Of a stretch of 64,000 bases of DNA, positions 50,201 through 62,560 are shown piece after piece (positions within the stretch are counted from its first letter, which is position 1; every line of letters starts with the position of its first letter). The notes under the pieces were generated by a model. It saw nothing but the letters and a program-made list of their open reading frames with translations. It made no database searches and was not told the DNA's origin. Both the position numbers and the translations under genes were made by a program. Source of the stretch: Takakia lepidozioides (Eukaryota; Plantae; Bryophyta); NCBI GenBank assembly GCA_030704615.1, contig CM060732.1, positions 12,090,001-12,154,000 on the forward strand, read 5' to 3'.

Positions 50201-51245
50201 ATATCTGTGAAAGAACCCTGCAGCGGGATTGACCTCATCATCTGATATGGCCAAAGATCTCTCTAGGTCGATCGTCAGATCTATGTCGAATTCCTCTTTC
50301 CACAAGCCATTGAAAGCGGAAGCCAGATAATCAGTTTCCCAAAGTCGATTGTCCGACATCACATCACGCTTAACACCTGCACGGATGTTTTGTAAGGAAA
50401 GCAGGCAAAAATCAAATCGAAGAGAACACCTCGCACTGGCATAGTAAGATACTGTAAAGTTTGACTTGAAGCCAGTAAATATTTACGTTAAAATGCACAT
50501 CTCTGACCTAGAGTCAAACGGGCAATAGTCCAAAGATGTGGTCTCAAATAGGTGAGGCACTGGTGAAGCGCAGCTAGAAGGTGGAAGGAGGGACACACTA
50601 GAGACCTGACAAAAAGAGGCTGGAGATAATGCAATTCTATGAAAATGTTTCACAGTACGAGGCAGTATAGTGTAGTAGGAGGCATTATCACGGTGTAATA
50701 ACCTGCTTTCGCGGGACGCAGAGTGGATGTCCGCACGTCCTTGTTCCCAGCCTTCGTTGGCCGGAAGGGAACATCCTTGCGTGAGGGTTCGTTTTTACGA
50801 ATATCTGAGAAGCAGAGAAGGATTAGACCTTGAGATGAAAGTCTTCGCAAGGAAAGGAGGTAAAGATCAGAGGAAGAGACAAAAGAAGCGGCCTATAACT
50901 TCCCCTCTAGCATTAAATGCAAGGAAAGTTGAAACACCAATTCGTCAGTGTCATAAGAGTGGATGAAGGTTGGGAGGGTAGAAAGACACACACAATGAGA
51001 GGCTCAAGCTTACCCGATACAGATATAGCGCTCCCAAAACCTGAACAAGGATCTTTAGAACGGGGACGACGATTACTTATAGGACTGATGGAGTTTACGA
51101 AAGATTCATCAGTCCTGTTCCCGAGCTTAGGAATTGTAAGCTGAAGTTGCGATAGAAACGCAGAAATCACATGGTCAGGAACGTCGTCATGCCCCAGGGA
51201 TCGAAGCTCGGCTCGAAGCTCCGGCAGCGTAAAGAATCCTGCCAT
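44290..51245 (-). CDS. Multi-exon host gene, probable HYLS1-like centriole/basal-body protein
   Basis: N-terminus FTLPELRAELRSLGHDDVPDHVISAFL; spliced motif KIDRVAR|FAEMQKVW (exons near 47517 and 47237); GT-AG exons such as 51245-51014, 50804-50703 and from 50376; disordered S/R-rich middle; 3' exons below 47100 uncertain. Confidence 0.55.
45655..46856 (-). mobile_element. 5'-truncated copy of the RTEX/L2-like LINE plus two further tandem 3'-end stubs
   Basis: ORFs 46407-46931 and 45897-46403 closely match 42100-43070; (CATTT)n tail at about 45790-45810; about 70-bp 3'-end units at 45655-45720 and 45721-45790. Confidence 0.92.
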
Positions 51246-52692
51246 TCCTCTGTTTTTCCTGGCCTCTTTTCCCTTGCTCTTAGCTTATCTTCCGTCCTCC
51301 TCTCTTCACTATTCGGTTGCTCGAGTACTAAAAGGTACAAACAGGGAAAGAGAACTGCAAATTGTGAGCCCTCACTGGAAACATAAAGAGAAACAAAACA
51401 AACTACTAAGAGAAATTGCTCTCAGGAGAAACAGATGGCGTAAGAGCAGGCAGTTCCTATCAAAGAATGCGGCTGCCGAGAAAGGTAATAGAAAATAATG
51501 TCCTGACTAAAAATCGAAAGAATGTCAGAGAAATGTGGCCATTGGCCAGTTCCAGTCAGCGAAGATACTTGACAAAATGTGGCATTTGATGATGAAGAGA
51601 AACGCACAATACCGGATGCCCCGAAGAAGGCCGACCTACTTCGACATCGTCATTGGAATTCAACAGGCAACCAGGCAAAGGATGGAAATTGATAACACAC
51701 AAAAACAAATCTGATGCGAACATGCATACCGGAAAGAAAAAAACACACAAACCTGTTAGATTCCCAAGAAACATGAACCATCGGAATGATCCATGCTCCC
51801 ATTGCCCCTGAGAGCGGACACCAATCCAAACAAGGTGCCTGCAAGGGCGAAAGCCAGAGAGACGACGCAAGACACGCTCGCTCATAGCCGGTATCCGGTT
51901 CCCGGCCCGCAGCACCCGGCAAGCCAACAGGCCAGTAGATACTACTCTTCATCCATCGCTCTGAGTTTGCTGCCTGCAAAACAGAATTCTGTTCATTCGT
52001 TACCGACAGTTTCCAGGGACGAGCGTTCATCGCCGGCGTGTTTCACCGGCAATGACCGGTAACAGATGACTTGGAAATTCAAAAGGGGCCAAGAGGCGCC
52101 AAGTTCGCGGGGTCGCGAGCCGCAATATTCTTTTAATATTCTGTTCACGTTGATATTTTTTTCCTGCCCGTTTTCGCCAAGAAAGTTTGTGCGTACGTGC
52201 AGCTGCTGCGGTGTCAGAGCCGGCGATTTTTGTAGGGCAGACGTTCGGGCCGTTATGCAAATTTTATTGCGCTCAGCTTGTGCTGCAGGTCCATTACCTA
52301 TTTGGCACGTAATAACTCGGCCGGTACTTGGTTGGATGGATGATTAGCTGGCTTTATATGTACGTGTACATCAATGCGGCAATGATGGATGAAGTTATAT
52401 GTATGTACCTAGTCTGTTTGGGCAATGCTAGAATCTTGTAGGGTAACGAGGCCTATTATTACAGAGGCCTATGATGGGACATGATTATAGCTAACTTGTG
52501 AAGTGATCACTACTCAGCACGTGATATTACTGGATCTCCTGCCACCTATGACCGCGGAGTTGACTCTCGTAAAGCATTGAACTGTTATAGGTATCTTCTT
52601 GTCTGGTCCCAGTTCTCTCTGCACGGTTTTCTAAATCAAGCAGGTTTGCTTAAAGCACACCATTGAATGGTATTATTAGGTGAGGTGGACTG

Positions 52693-53804
52693 CACTAAGT
52701 CCCAAGCCATTTCAGGATAGTGCCGCGGGCCGGGCTCCCGTCCTCATGCCCGGGCTGGGCTGCTGGCTGGCCCCGCTGCCAGGTCAGCTCCTCCTGCGAC
52801 CCGCTCCCATGCGCTCTTGCTGGCCCGCGGGCTCCGCTTGATGTCGACGCCCCAACACGGCCGATCATATTGGAGCAAGTTATTACTGCAGGAGGTTACT
52901 GTTGTATGGGTCCCAGTTTCCCCTAAGGAGGCAGTGATGGAAGCCAACGCACTGGCTTGAAGAAGAACCCGTTACCCGGTGGATCTATAAACATTCTATT
53001 CTGAAGGACTCATTTTCAAGAGCATGAAGTCATTTCTTCGACCGGTTAGTCGGGAACAGATATGTCACCAAGATCTGGAGGAAGACCAGCTTTAGAGAGT
53101 TTTACTACTTTTCCAAGTTAGAGAGTGTGATAAGTCAGACGTGCAGGATGGACGTGAAGCTATCAGCAGCTCCACTTCAGAACTGTGCACTATGAATCTG
53201 GACGTCTCTGTTAGTCCATTGACCTCATGTTCAAGATGTCTGGAGTCTGGACTTGGACGAGAAAGGGTGATGGCCCCCGAATTCGACATGCACTCTCCAG
53301 GAATTAGATCGACACGATCATACTAACCGAGGTCCAACCGTCCCGTCCCTTCTACGTCCTCTGTTGACCAGTGTTTTCATCTCATTGATACCTGCAGCGG
53401 AGTCGTCGATTACCTTATTTGACAAGCTTGATCCCCCGAGGGCTGACTCCCAAGGCCATGTACAGCTTGAACTTTGATGGGTTGCAACTATGAGTGGTTC
53501 CAACTGCCTGCACCCTGCTTGCAAGCAGACTTGCTTCACCCCCACAACCCAGTCTAGATGGGAGCTCGGATGGCAGAAACTACTTATCATTTTTCCTCGC
53601 GGGCTCTGCTTAAGCCCAAAGTTGTGATTACGGTATCTCGTTTGACATCTAGATCTAATCTAGCTACTTCGCGACGTGGCAAGGAGCTAGCTAGAAGGCA
53701 GGGCAACGAGCCGACGTGGCATGGAGCCACGAACAAGCCAGCCCGGGCATGAACATGGGAGCCCGGGCCCGCGGCACTATCCTGAAATGGCTGGGGACTT
53801 AGTG
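52693..53804. mobile_element. Non-autonomous CACTA element, family C
   Basis: About 65-bp TIR CACTAAGTCCC.AGCCATTTCAGGATAGTGCCGCGGGCC...; 3-bp TSD CTG/CCG (one transition). Confidence 0.85.
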
Positions 53805-53809
53805 CCGAG

Positions 53810-54090
53810 GCTTGGTGTGGATTTTTTTAAGAAATTTGGAAAACAGCACGAGTGGCTACAGAGTTTTGCAAAAAATAGCGGTACATTCTGTTCATCCACT
53901 TAATTTCATCCATTTATGTACTTCAATCCATTTATATCATCCATATTTGGCAAATTCATCTATAATTTTTTTTTATTTGAAGAAATTTGGCGATTTCATC
54001 CATGAAAAAACAGGGGATTTATGACAGAATATTCTATTTTATTTCTTGAGGTCGAAATCTGGCGAAAATTCGCCAATAAAAAAAACGCTG
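53810..54090. mobile_element. MITE remnant with TTCATCC repeats
   Basis: Repeated TTCATCC and TTGGCGA motifs; end ...AAAAAAACGCTG. Confidence 0.4.
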
Positions 54091-55267
54091 CACCTTGCAA
54101 GAAGCTAGTGCTTGTTCAACTTAAAATTTTACTTACCCTTATGGTCACCTTCTGTGACCACATTGGCCACTTTGGTGTCCGGTCATAAAACTCAACGACC
54201 GCGCTCATGTAGCCTATCAAACGTATTGTTAGTCGTAAGGTTCCAACGGTTATGGATGCTTAGATGACCTATTGACCCCATGAGCTCCATACAGGCATCC
54301 AAAGCATTTGGAGCACGACTGTTTGAATTCTTCACTACATGATTGGGGCAACCCTTGCTCAAGATCAGTTCTCTACATGGTCTCTACATGCTAGGGCTTG
54401 AAACTCTAGCGTCGTTTTAAAGCCTATCTGGTCAGCTTTGTTATGAACTTTGAACGGATGAAATCCATTAAGAATTCCACCCTACAGACATGAAAATGTC
54501 CTTTAAGTATAGGAGAAGGGCCTGAATGGAGGGCCTTCCGCCATTTGAGGGCTTTGGACGCCCAGGTCCCGAAAATGGTGGAAGGCCCCATACGTGGGCC
54601 CTTCTCCTGCATAAAGAACCGCCCGAATTTTGTGAAGTGTAGCCTTACGAAATCGTAAAGAACCATGATATTTTTCTTAGTTTATTTTTAGGTCCTTTAT
54701 GGCAGAAGATTGCACTCTACCTTCCGCCCCCTCAAGGATTTTGCCTACCTAGTATGGCGATTTGGAGGAGGATTAAAAAGCAGAATTCTAAGCCTATTGC
54801 CACTAGCACATTATGCCATTTGCACTAGCATATTATAATGTGTTTGATTAGGACTTGCAAGCCAATGAGAGGGCGTCAGACGCTTCATTTGCATATGTGT
54901 TCGAATCTCTCCTTCATCTTTTCCTGTCTCTCTCTCGCGCGGACGGAATGAAGTTCATTTTTCAGCAATCCTTAACGCTATGGAATGGGCCCAACATGCC
55001 ATTATGGCGGTTTCGGTGGCAGCTCGGCCTCCGGCTCTCACCACCACCTTACCCGCCACAATGGCATGTTGGGGCCATTCCATAGTATGTAAGGTCCTTG
55101 CTAGCAAAAATACCTTACGAAATTCAGAAGGTACCGTAGTGGGAAGGCTGATCCGGCACTAAATAATTAGAAATGAATCTGCCTAATAATTAAGTGAAAA
55201 TTTGGGTAAAAATGTCGAAATTCCAGAAACTTTATTAAAAAAAATGCCTAAAATGTCAAACAAATGA

Positions 55268-57216
55268 CTAGGTGAGTTGATCAATCAAATCATCTAGCTT
55301 CTGCAGGTCCCCACCATTTGGATTGCAATTCAAATCTGGGAGATCAGCAGGCTTGTTAATATCCATATCAGCCAAACACCAGCTCATCACCCCTACGATT
55401 GTATCATCCAAGTACACGTCAGGTACTTCATCAAACGCAAGTCTACCATCAGCTATTATATCAACAGCTTCATACTCGTTCGAGGACGCAAACAATGAGC
55501 CTTGGTGGTTAGCTTGCATAGCTTCAGCCTGGAACTTCAAATCAAACGCGTGAATAATACCACATTTTGCCCAACCTTGAATTATCATGTTACGTTCCTT
55601 CACCTTGTTCCAAGCGTTGAACAACCAGATCGCAGTATTCTCTCGCATAACCGCAAGTGATGTATCAACTGCCGTTTTCTCCATTGGAACACCTGTTTGT
55701 ATTTGCCTTTGGATCTGACTTGCTGACCAATGTTTAAACTGATCAGCAAAGGCACGTTTCATTGGCCTTTGTAATATAACATCTGCAGGTTGATATTTTG
55801 ATGTACAACCAGCCGGAACAAAAAGAACACAAATGTGTGGATGTTCACTCTTCATCCAAGCCATGAATTCAACTGACTTGTGAACACTCCAACAGTCAAT
55901 CAACCATACCATCTTTTGTGAAGATGGTAGATTCAACTTGGATCTCTCTGTGTCCAAATAGGGTAGCAAAATCTTCCTTACAAAGTCTTTGCAGGTATCT
56001 AATGTCGACCAGTGATTGGCTGACAATGCCCAATGAAAACCTGCCCTGAGATTTTGCTTTGCTGCATCGCTTTTAGGCAAAGACCGGAGGGTCTTTCCAG
56101 TAAAAACAATTTGTAAGGGTAACATAGATCCACTGGCTGTAGAGGATACACAGGCTGTCACTGCTCTCTTATCATCCAAACCTACTTGACCAACATTTTT
56201 TGAACCCTTCAGCTCCCAGGTCCTTTCCCCAGACATTGGAACAAGCTTCACACATGTCTGTTCAGTATTTACCACCAAACTTGGTGGTATGTTGTAACAC
56301 TTCACCAGGTACGCAATACGACAAGCCATCATTTTGCCTTGTAGTTCCCAGTCAGATGGAATTTTCCCATGTTCGGTTGTGGGCTTTCTGTATGACCAGT
56401 TCAAATGGGTACGCATAAATTTCCGTGTCCATTTGAGAGACACCTGACACTTTCCTAGAACATGTGGTGCTTTAGCTCTGAGAAATCCTACAATAATTGG
56501 CTGAACAATCACAACATTTAAAGATTGACCATATGCTCTCATGGCTCTTAACAACTCACATAATTCTTTTACCACATCTGGTACAGTAGATAGAGCATGT
56601 TTGCGTTGGGAGGATCTACTCCAAGATTGTTGACTCTCCACAAGAGAGACATATTGAGGTTTCAATACTCCAGTAGGAGTGAACCAGTCATAAAGGCAGC
56701 CCCTGCTTAATTTTTCATACGGACCAGTGACTTGCCCTGGTAACCTACATCAACGTTCCAGAAAAGAAGTCTTAGATAAATATTATAATGAAAGTGCTAC
56801 AAAAACACTCTTAAAAAAATGGTTTGGATAGAGAGTACCGACCTGTAAGCTAGACGCAAATATTTGAGTGCAGCCCCAAGGCGTTTATGCCTTTTAATGG
56901 CTAAGACAATTGGAGGCCATAATTCATTTGTAAACCAGTTTGTATAGTGGTCTCTTTGTCGTTTGCCCACAGACGTTGAACTCGAACGTCGAGCTTCTTG
57001 ACCACGAAGACTTCCTTCTGGTGCAATGGGCTGACATACCAAAGCTGCAGCCAACTCTCTCTCTTTGTAAGGCCTTCCTACTCGTCGTTTGGGAGGGGCC
57101 TCAACCACCACTGTCGTTGCATTATGAGCGAGCTTCTCTCCTTCTCGTTGAACTTCAAGTAACCTCTCAGGCTTGTCTATCCCTCGGAACAAAGAAGATA
57201 ACAATGGTTGTCTCAT
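55268..57216 (-). CDS. pogo-like DDE_1 transposase, 616 aa, two exons (57216-56843, 56744-55268)
   Basis: A GT-AG intron at 56745-56842 restores the frame exactly; VVNTEQT, DKRAVT, LPLQIVFTGKT, LIDCWSVH, QPADV motifs. Confidence 0.88.
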
Positions 57217-57603
57217 GATCCTAGATTGCCAAAGCTAAGATCTTTTGCGCAGGAGATTGAGAAATGGCTATCTTAAACTAGACTTCTTTACGCAGGACAA
57301 GGGTTTCTCTTGAGACCCTTCCGGGATTTTCGGTACCCTCCGGTGCTTCATTTGAGGGGCATCATCATTTTTTTCTAGAGATTTGAAGATAAATGCCCAT
57401 GTTTATAGCGTTGTATTTGCACTCGTTCTTTCATAATTTTGATTTGCTAATAGGATAGAAGTGCTTATGATAACCATTCATTTAATGATGAATTCTCGTC
57501 ATTTTTTTCCCTGATTTCATGAAAACCATCAATGGTCTAGAGCTTCGTTGCAATGAGCGTCGATGGTAGGAAAATATGTGTCCAAGGCTGGAAAGATCAA
57601 TTA

Positions 57604-59038
57604 CACTCTGCCCTGGATAAATATTAACAGTCGGGAGTAGGAAAAGAATAACATTTAGACAAGGTTAACACATTAACAGTTATGAAGGGATTAATTGTAA
57701 CACATTAACATTTACAGAAGGTAACATTTAACAAATATAAGATTTGCGGAATTAACACTTGTGAAACAAAGTGTAATTATATGTATTAGGTAAAGTCAAC
57801 GAGGGCTTTACGGGATTCAAGGTTCCACAGCCCCGAGAGCGGTAGCCCCAGGGCGTGGGAATCTTGAATCCCGTAAAGCCCGAGTTACAGGACTTTAGCT
57901 CACGTAAAAACCGCATTTATGACCCTGTGAAAATAAAATTACTTGCCTATCTGAGATTACGAGCCGAGCCGGCCATGGGCTCCACGGCGTAACAGGACAA
58001 GCAGGATTTTATGCTATTAAAAGCGCACCAAAACTACACTAGCTAGGTTTTTACGTGTAGGCTAAGGGCCTCACGCAAGGGCTGTCACGCATTTAAGCCA
58101 TTGGGAACGAGGGCGGAGCCCAAGTGACAAGTGGCGCAAACGTGTGACGGCCCGTACGTGGGGCCCTTACCCTGCGTAAACGTTCCTTGAATAAAATCCC
58201 GCCACGTGTGGGTTCTTTTAGGCGCCCAGACTTCTTTTAGGCTTCTTTCCCCCCTTGCGGCATCTTCTTTGCTTCCCACCTCCTTTGGTTCGTCTGATGC
58301 TGGAAAGACGCGATGGTGGCAGGAGTGACCTTACGGGATGGAACGCCACTCCGCAAATTCCAGTTACACTCCATCGCATAATTCAACTGCTCCCGGGAGC
58401 CGCTAGGGTTCACAGGTATAAGCCAACCGAAAATACAAAGGATTTTATTCAAGCAACGTTTACGGAGTCATTCAGTTATGGGTAGGAAATATGAATCCAT
58501 TATGGTCTGATGAGTATCTCTAATATGCGTATCATCGAGCTCTTTCTCTAGGCGTTTTATGGTTAAAATAGTTTTCATAACTTCATAAGGCTTTTGTTCC
58601 AAATATTGAAATATTGTAGCTATGGCCATTTTGGCATCCTTGAATGCTACAGGGACTGGATTTTGTTCTTCCTCGTCTGGTCTCTCAAAAACAACCTCCA
58701 TGTCAAGTCCCAAAATGTGGAGCGTACACTCATTGGATCAACGATTCAACATATTCGCTTATGATCTGATCACATTAGTATTACCTCCTGCTTTACTTTC
58801 CAGTCTCTGATTGGTTATGTTTTAGGATGTAATCTTATCATAATCTAATCTCGCGTTAGGTGAAGCCTTTATGGTGCACTTAACATTTATTGAGGGCAAA
58901 TTAACAAAGAGGGGAGTAAACAATTGTTAACAAATAACACTTAACATTTGCTAGTGTGCACGAGTATGGGAGTAAAATTTTCTTAACATTTATGATAGTT
59001 TAACGTTTATAGAGGTAACATTTATTTAGGGCAGACTG
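57604..59038 (-). mobile_element. Tigger/pogo-like deletion derivative with an internal insertion
   Basis: TIR CA(C/G)TCTGCCCT..ATAAAT.TTA; flanks TA / CA; TTAACA subterminal repeats; transposase C-terminal remnant at 58468-58713 (..QTIMDSYF). Confidence 0.7.
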
Positions 59039-61904
59039 CACTTCTTTTGGGCTTTTCTTCAATGCTTCATCCTATAAAGTCCAAGCATCTTTTGACTATT
59101 GAATTTTTTGTCTCGAGTTATGAACAATGCTTGCACAAACTTCCATACAAGCTAGTATTAATTAATAAAATATTGTAATTTGGTCCGTATCAGCCTCAGG
59201 TTTCAATCTTCTAACATGGGAAAACATTGTAATTTGGTCTATATCATCTCTTATCCATATTAGCTTTGTAAATGTCTTTATTGGCCTTGCCCGACAGGGT
59301 AGGGACTAGCATCAAGTTGGCCAAAGTGACCTTAACCTTATATCATGGGTTGTTCCCATGAGACTTAATGGGAACATGAAAGTTTTTAGTTCCCAGTTGG
59401 GCACATGTTACACTTATTTCTTTTATTGGCTCTCTTGTAGAGAGAGAGGCTTTGCAACATGTTCAAGTCAATGGAAATGTGGTCAAAGGACCTTACACAG
59501 TGCCAAGGCTCTGATTGGTGTGTTATGCTGAGTCATGCCCCTCACTCTCACTTTTTTCTTATGTTTTGCCAAAGCAATAGAACCCATCCCCCTAAGATAC
59601 ATTATTATTAGCCATAACATAATTCCATAAAACTTCATATCAATAAAACAATGGCAGGGCCTCCGTGTATCTCACGCCTTGTTTATGCTACTTGAGGCTT
59701 TATCAATCTCTCATATCTTCATCGTCCACCATCACAAGTTTGTGACAATTTCTCTGTTTATTCTTCTATGTAAATTACCGTAAAGTACGTCAATCAAAAT
59801 GTAGGCCTAAGATTTTTTAGGCTCAAGAGCGCATAAATGGATATTTACAATCAAGTCTGTTGGGGTCTTCGATGAGAAAGAATTTAAGGCCATGATGAGA
59901 ATGCAATTGGGAACATTTCAATTTATTTGCTTAAAAGAGTTGTTCATTATATGAAGCATCATCGATTGCACGTAACTTATTATTAGAATAGAACATGATT
60001 TCATAGCGTGTTGCTATAAGGGATTCTGTAGCATGTTACTAGGATTATGATATTGGTTGGGCATGTAACATGCGCAATGCAAATCTTTGGTCTCACTAGG
60101 CCATAAGACAATTTTGTAAAGTTGAAAATCCGTGCATTAGTAGGAGATATAGCTTATCATAAGAGTGAGCCCTTAACGCCTAGGATATTGTGTTGGGCCA
60201 TTCTTAACTTATTGTATATGATGGGATCTGCATCCTTTTGTGTGGTTGTGTCGACATTCTGGGGGTCTGATTATGATAGTAATCATTGCATGTAGCATAT
60301 AGCCGTCATGTACAAGGGCTACCCTCTGGAGCTGTTGCAAAATAAAATTATATATAGTAAAAGGATGAGTTAATCTGGCATATTGTGATCTTATTCTGTG
60401 CTAGGGTCTGCTTCTATTCTCGAGCCTGTAGTCATAACAATCTAATTTGTGGTGTCTATTCATGTTGAGCTTGCCCTGGATGTCCATTGATTATGACGGC
60501 CATCGGCTCTCCCAATTTGCTTGACTTGCCGGAGTGGGATTGTTGGGGCCACCAGCCTCTCCTCCATGCTGGTATACCGGGCCATCCATGCTGCCACTAG
60601 TCAGCTGGTATTCGTACTACACAATTTTGTAACCATTATGCTCTAATGTCTTGACGAGGCTGGCGATGGTGGCAATTGTCGTCCAGGGGAAGAACAACCC
60701 TTAAGTATTCAAGTAGTTTATCAAGAGGAAATAAGGTAGAGCGGAGTTTGGAAGAAGCATCAAGTGATACTTCCACTTATCACTTTACATTTAGCTACTG
60801 GAAATGGAATGCAAATGATCGTTAATCTGTGTTGATCTGTATGGTGTGTGAATATCAATTTCATAAAAGATATGTGTAGATCTTGTGTATGCTCTCAAAT
60901 AATATTTTAAAACAGAATATGTAAATTGACATTCTTACACATTGGAGATATGGAGCCAAATTGATGTTCTACTTCCAAGTTATGGATATTTTATGCTGAA
61001 CAAGTCCGAGCCTTAGGGTTTGCGTTAACCATTTGGGATCCAGAAGATGTGGGAACTGACTCAGAATTTTCCAAATACAGAAAAATTAGTTTAAAAGTAA
61101 GATGACAAGTAGTGTAGAATTGGGGCTATGGATTAAGTTCCAGTTCACTCTATAGATATCTAATAAGAGACTTCTTCTAATTAACTTATTTCCGTCATGT
61201 GCAAGTGAGGATTACGTGTCGAAGTGAACTCTCATTTGCACATCATTTGCAATTCCATATATGGTCTTTCATATTGACTCCACATGTGGCAGTTCTATGC
61301 ACGAGAAGATAATTGTTGATTGCATTGTATATTTTTTTGTCGTAAGTACTGATATGGATATACCAATTATTGTACTTCATCACTTTACAATGAGAATGCA
61401 AGATGTGTTTCTATCATTGTCTTAACAAAGTATATGTACGTTTCAATGTTACTGTAGGGCAAAACTTTTGCACAAGAATTTATCTGCAGCTTTCCAGCTT
61501 TTCACACGTTAGTCTAAATTTTTTATGTGGCCTAGTTATTTTGTTATAAATTGAAATTTTAGCCTAGCGAATAGTTACTTAGCCCTAAAACTTTTAAGTT
61601 ATCACTCATCAAAATCTAAATTTCATGCATGAATGATCATTTGTTGCCCATCCATATGTTGTCAATTATAATTTCCATAATTTATAATCCATAATCCATA
61701 ATCCTCAACTATTCAACATATCTATCACGTTTCTAAGAACTCCTTGAAGATTGTCCCAAATAGTCGTAGTATAGCTTTTGCATCTGTCTCTATTGTGGTT
61801 TGTCATACGTAGTAGAGTTCAATTATATATAGAGAGTCATGCACTTCCTACTTAGTCTTTATAATTAATGTAGTTTAAATAATATACAATGTTGATCATA
61901 CCTG

Positions 61905-62560
61905 CAGTCCGACACAAGAGCACTACAGACCTGCCTCGTCATGTAAGGACATCATTTCAGAAAGGAATGCCCTCACTGTGGTGGTGATGAATCTGAACAT
62001 TACACGCTCACAAATAGAGATTTCGGAAGCTCTCAAGACCTTGGTGGGCATGAACAATGTAACCCAGATTTATTTTTGTTACACCCTCAGGGAGAAGACT
62101 GTGAAGCACGAAGGTATAGTGCACCTCACAGGTGCAAACCCAGTTGCCTATGCTCAATGGTACAACAAGCCCCATGTGCTTCAGTACGATAAATTCATAG
62201 ACTTCATGCCACATCCGTAAAGCATACTTGGTACAGTGCATGTTGCATCAGAAATCCTAAAGCGAATAGAGGTAGACAACATTAACCAAGCTTTGGCAAA
62301 TACCGTGGAGTCTATCAATCTCCAAAGAGTGCATACTGCAACCACAGTGCCAAGAGATTCTGTGAGCAAAGTAAAATTCTTGGCGGCCGATATTGCAGAA
62401 TTGATCGCGGACATTGACCAGCACTTCGCAACCCACCGCATCACAATCAAAGGTGATATGTCTAGCCTCGAAAGTCGCTTCAGCCAAGCCTTCTCTAGGA
62501 AGAACGTCATCAACATTTCAAAAAATCTATCTCTGACAACTTGGCCCAAAACTTGCAAAG
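61905..62560 (+). pseudogene. Possible LINE ORF1-like remnant
   Basis: Interrupted frame with an RRM-like segment (..FIDFMPHP*SILG) followed by a coiled-coil-like stretch. Confidence 0.35.

Noticed and set aside
51556-52347. Short ORFs upstream of the HYLS1-like gene
   Set aside because: No recognisable motifs; more likely 5' UTR or promoter
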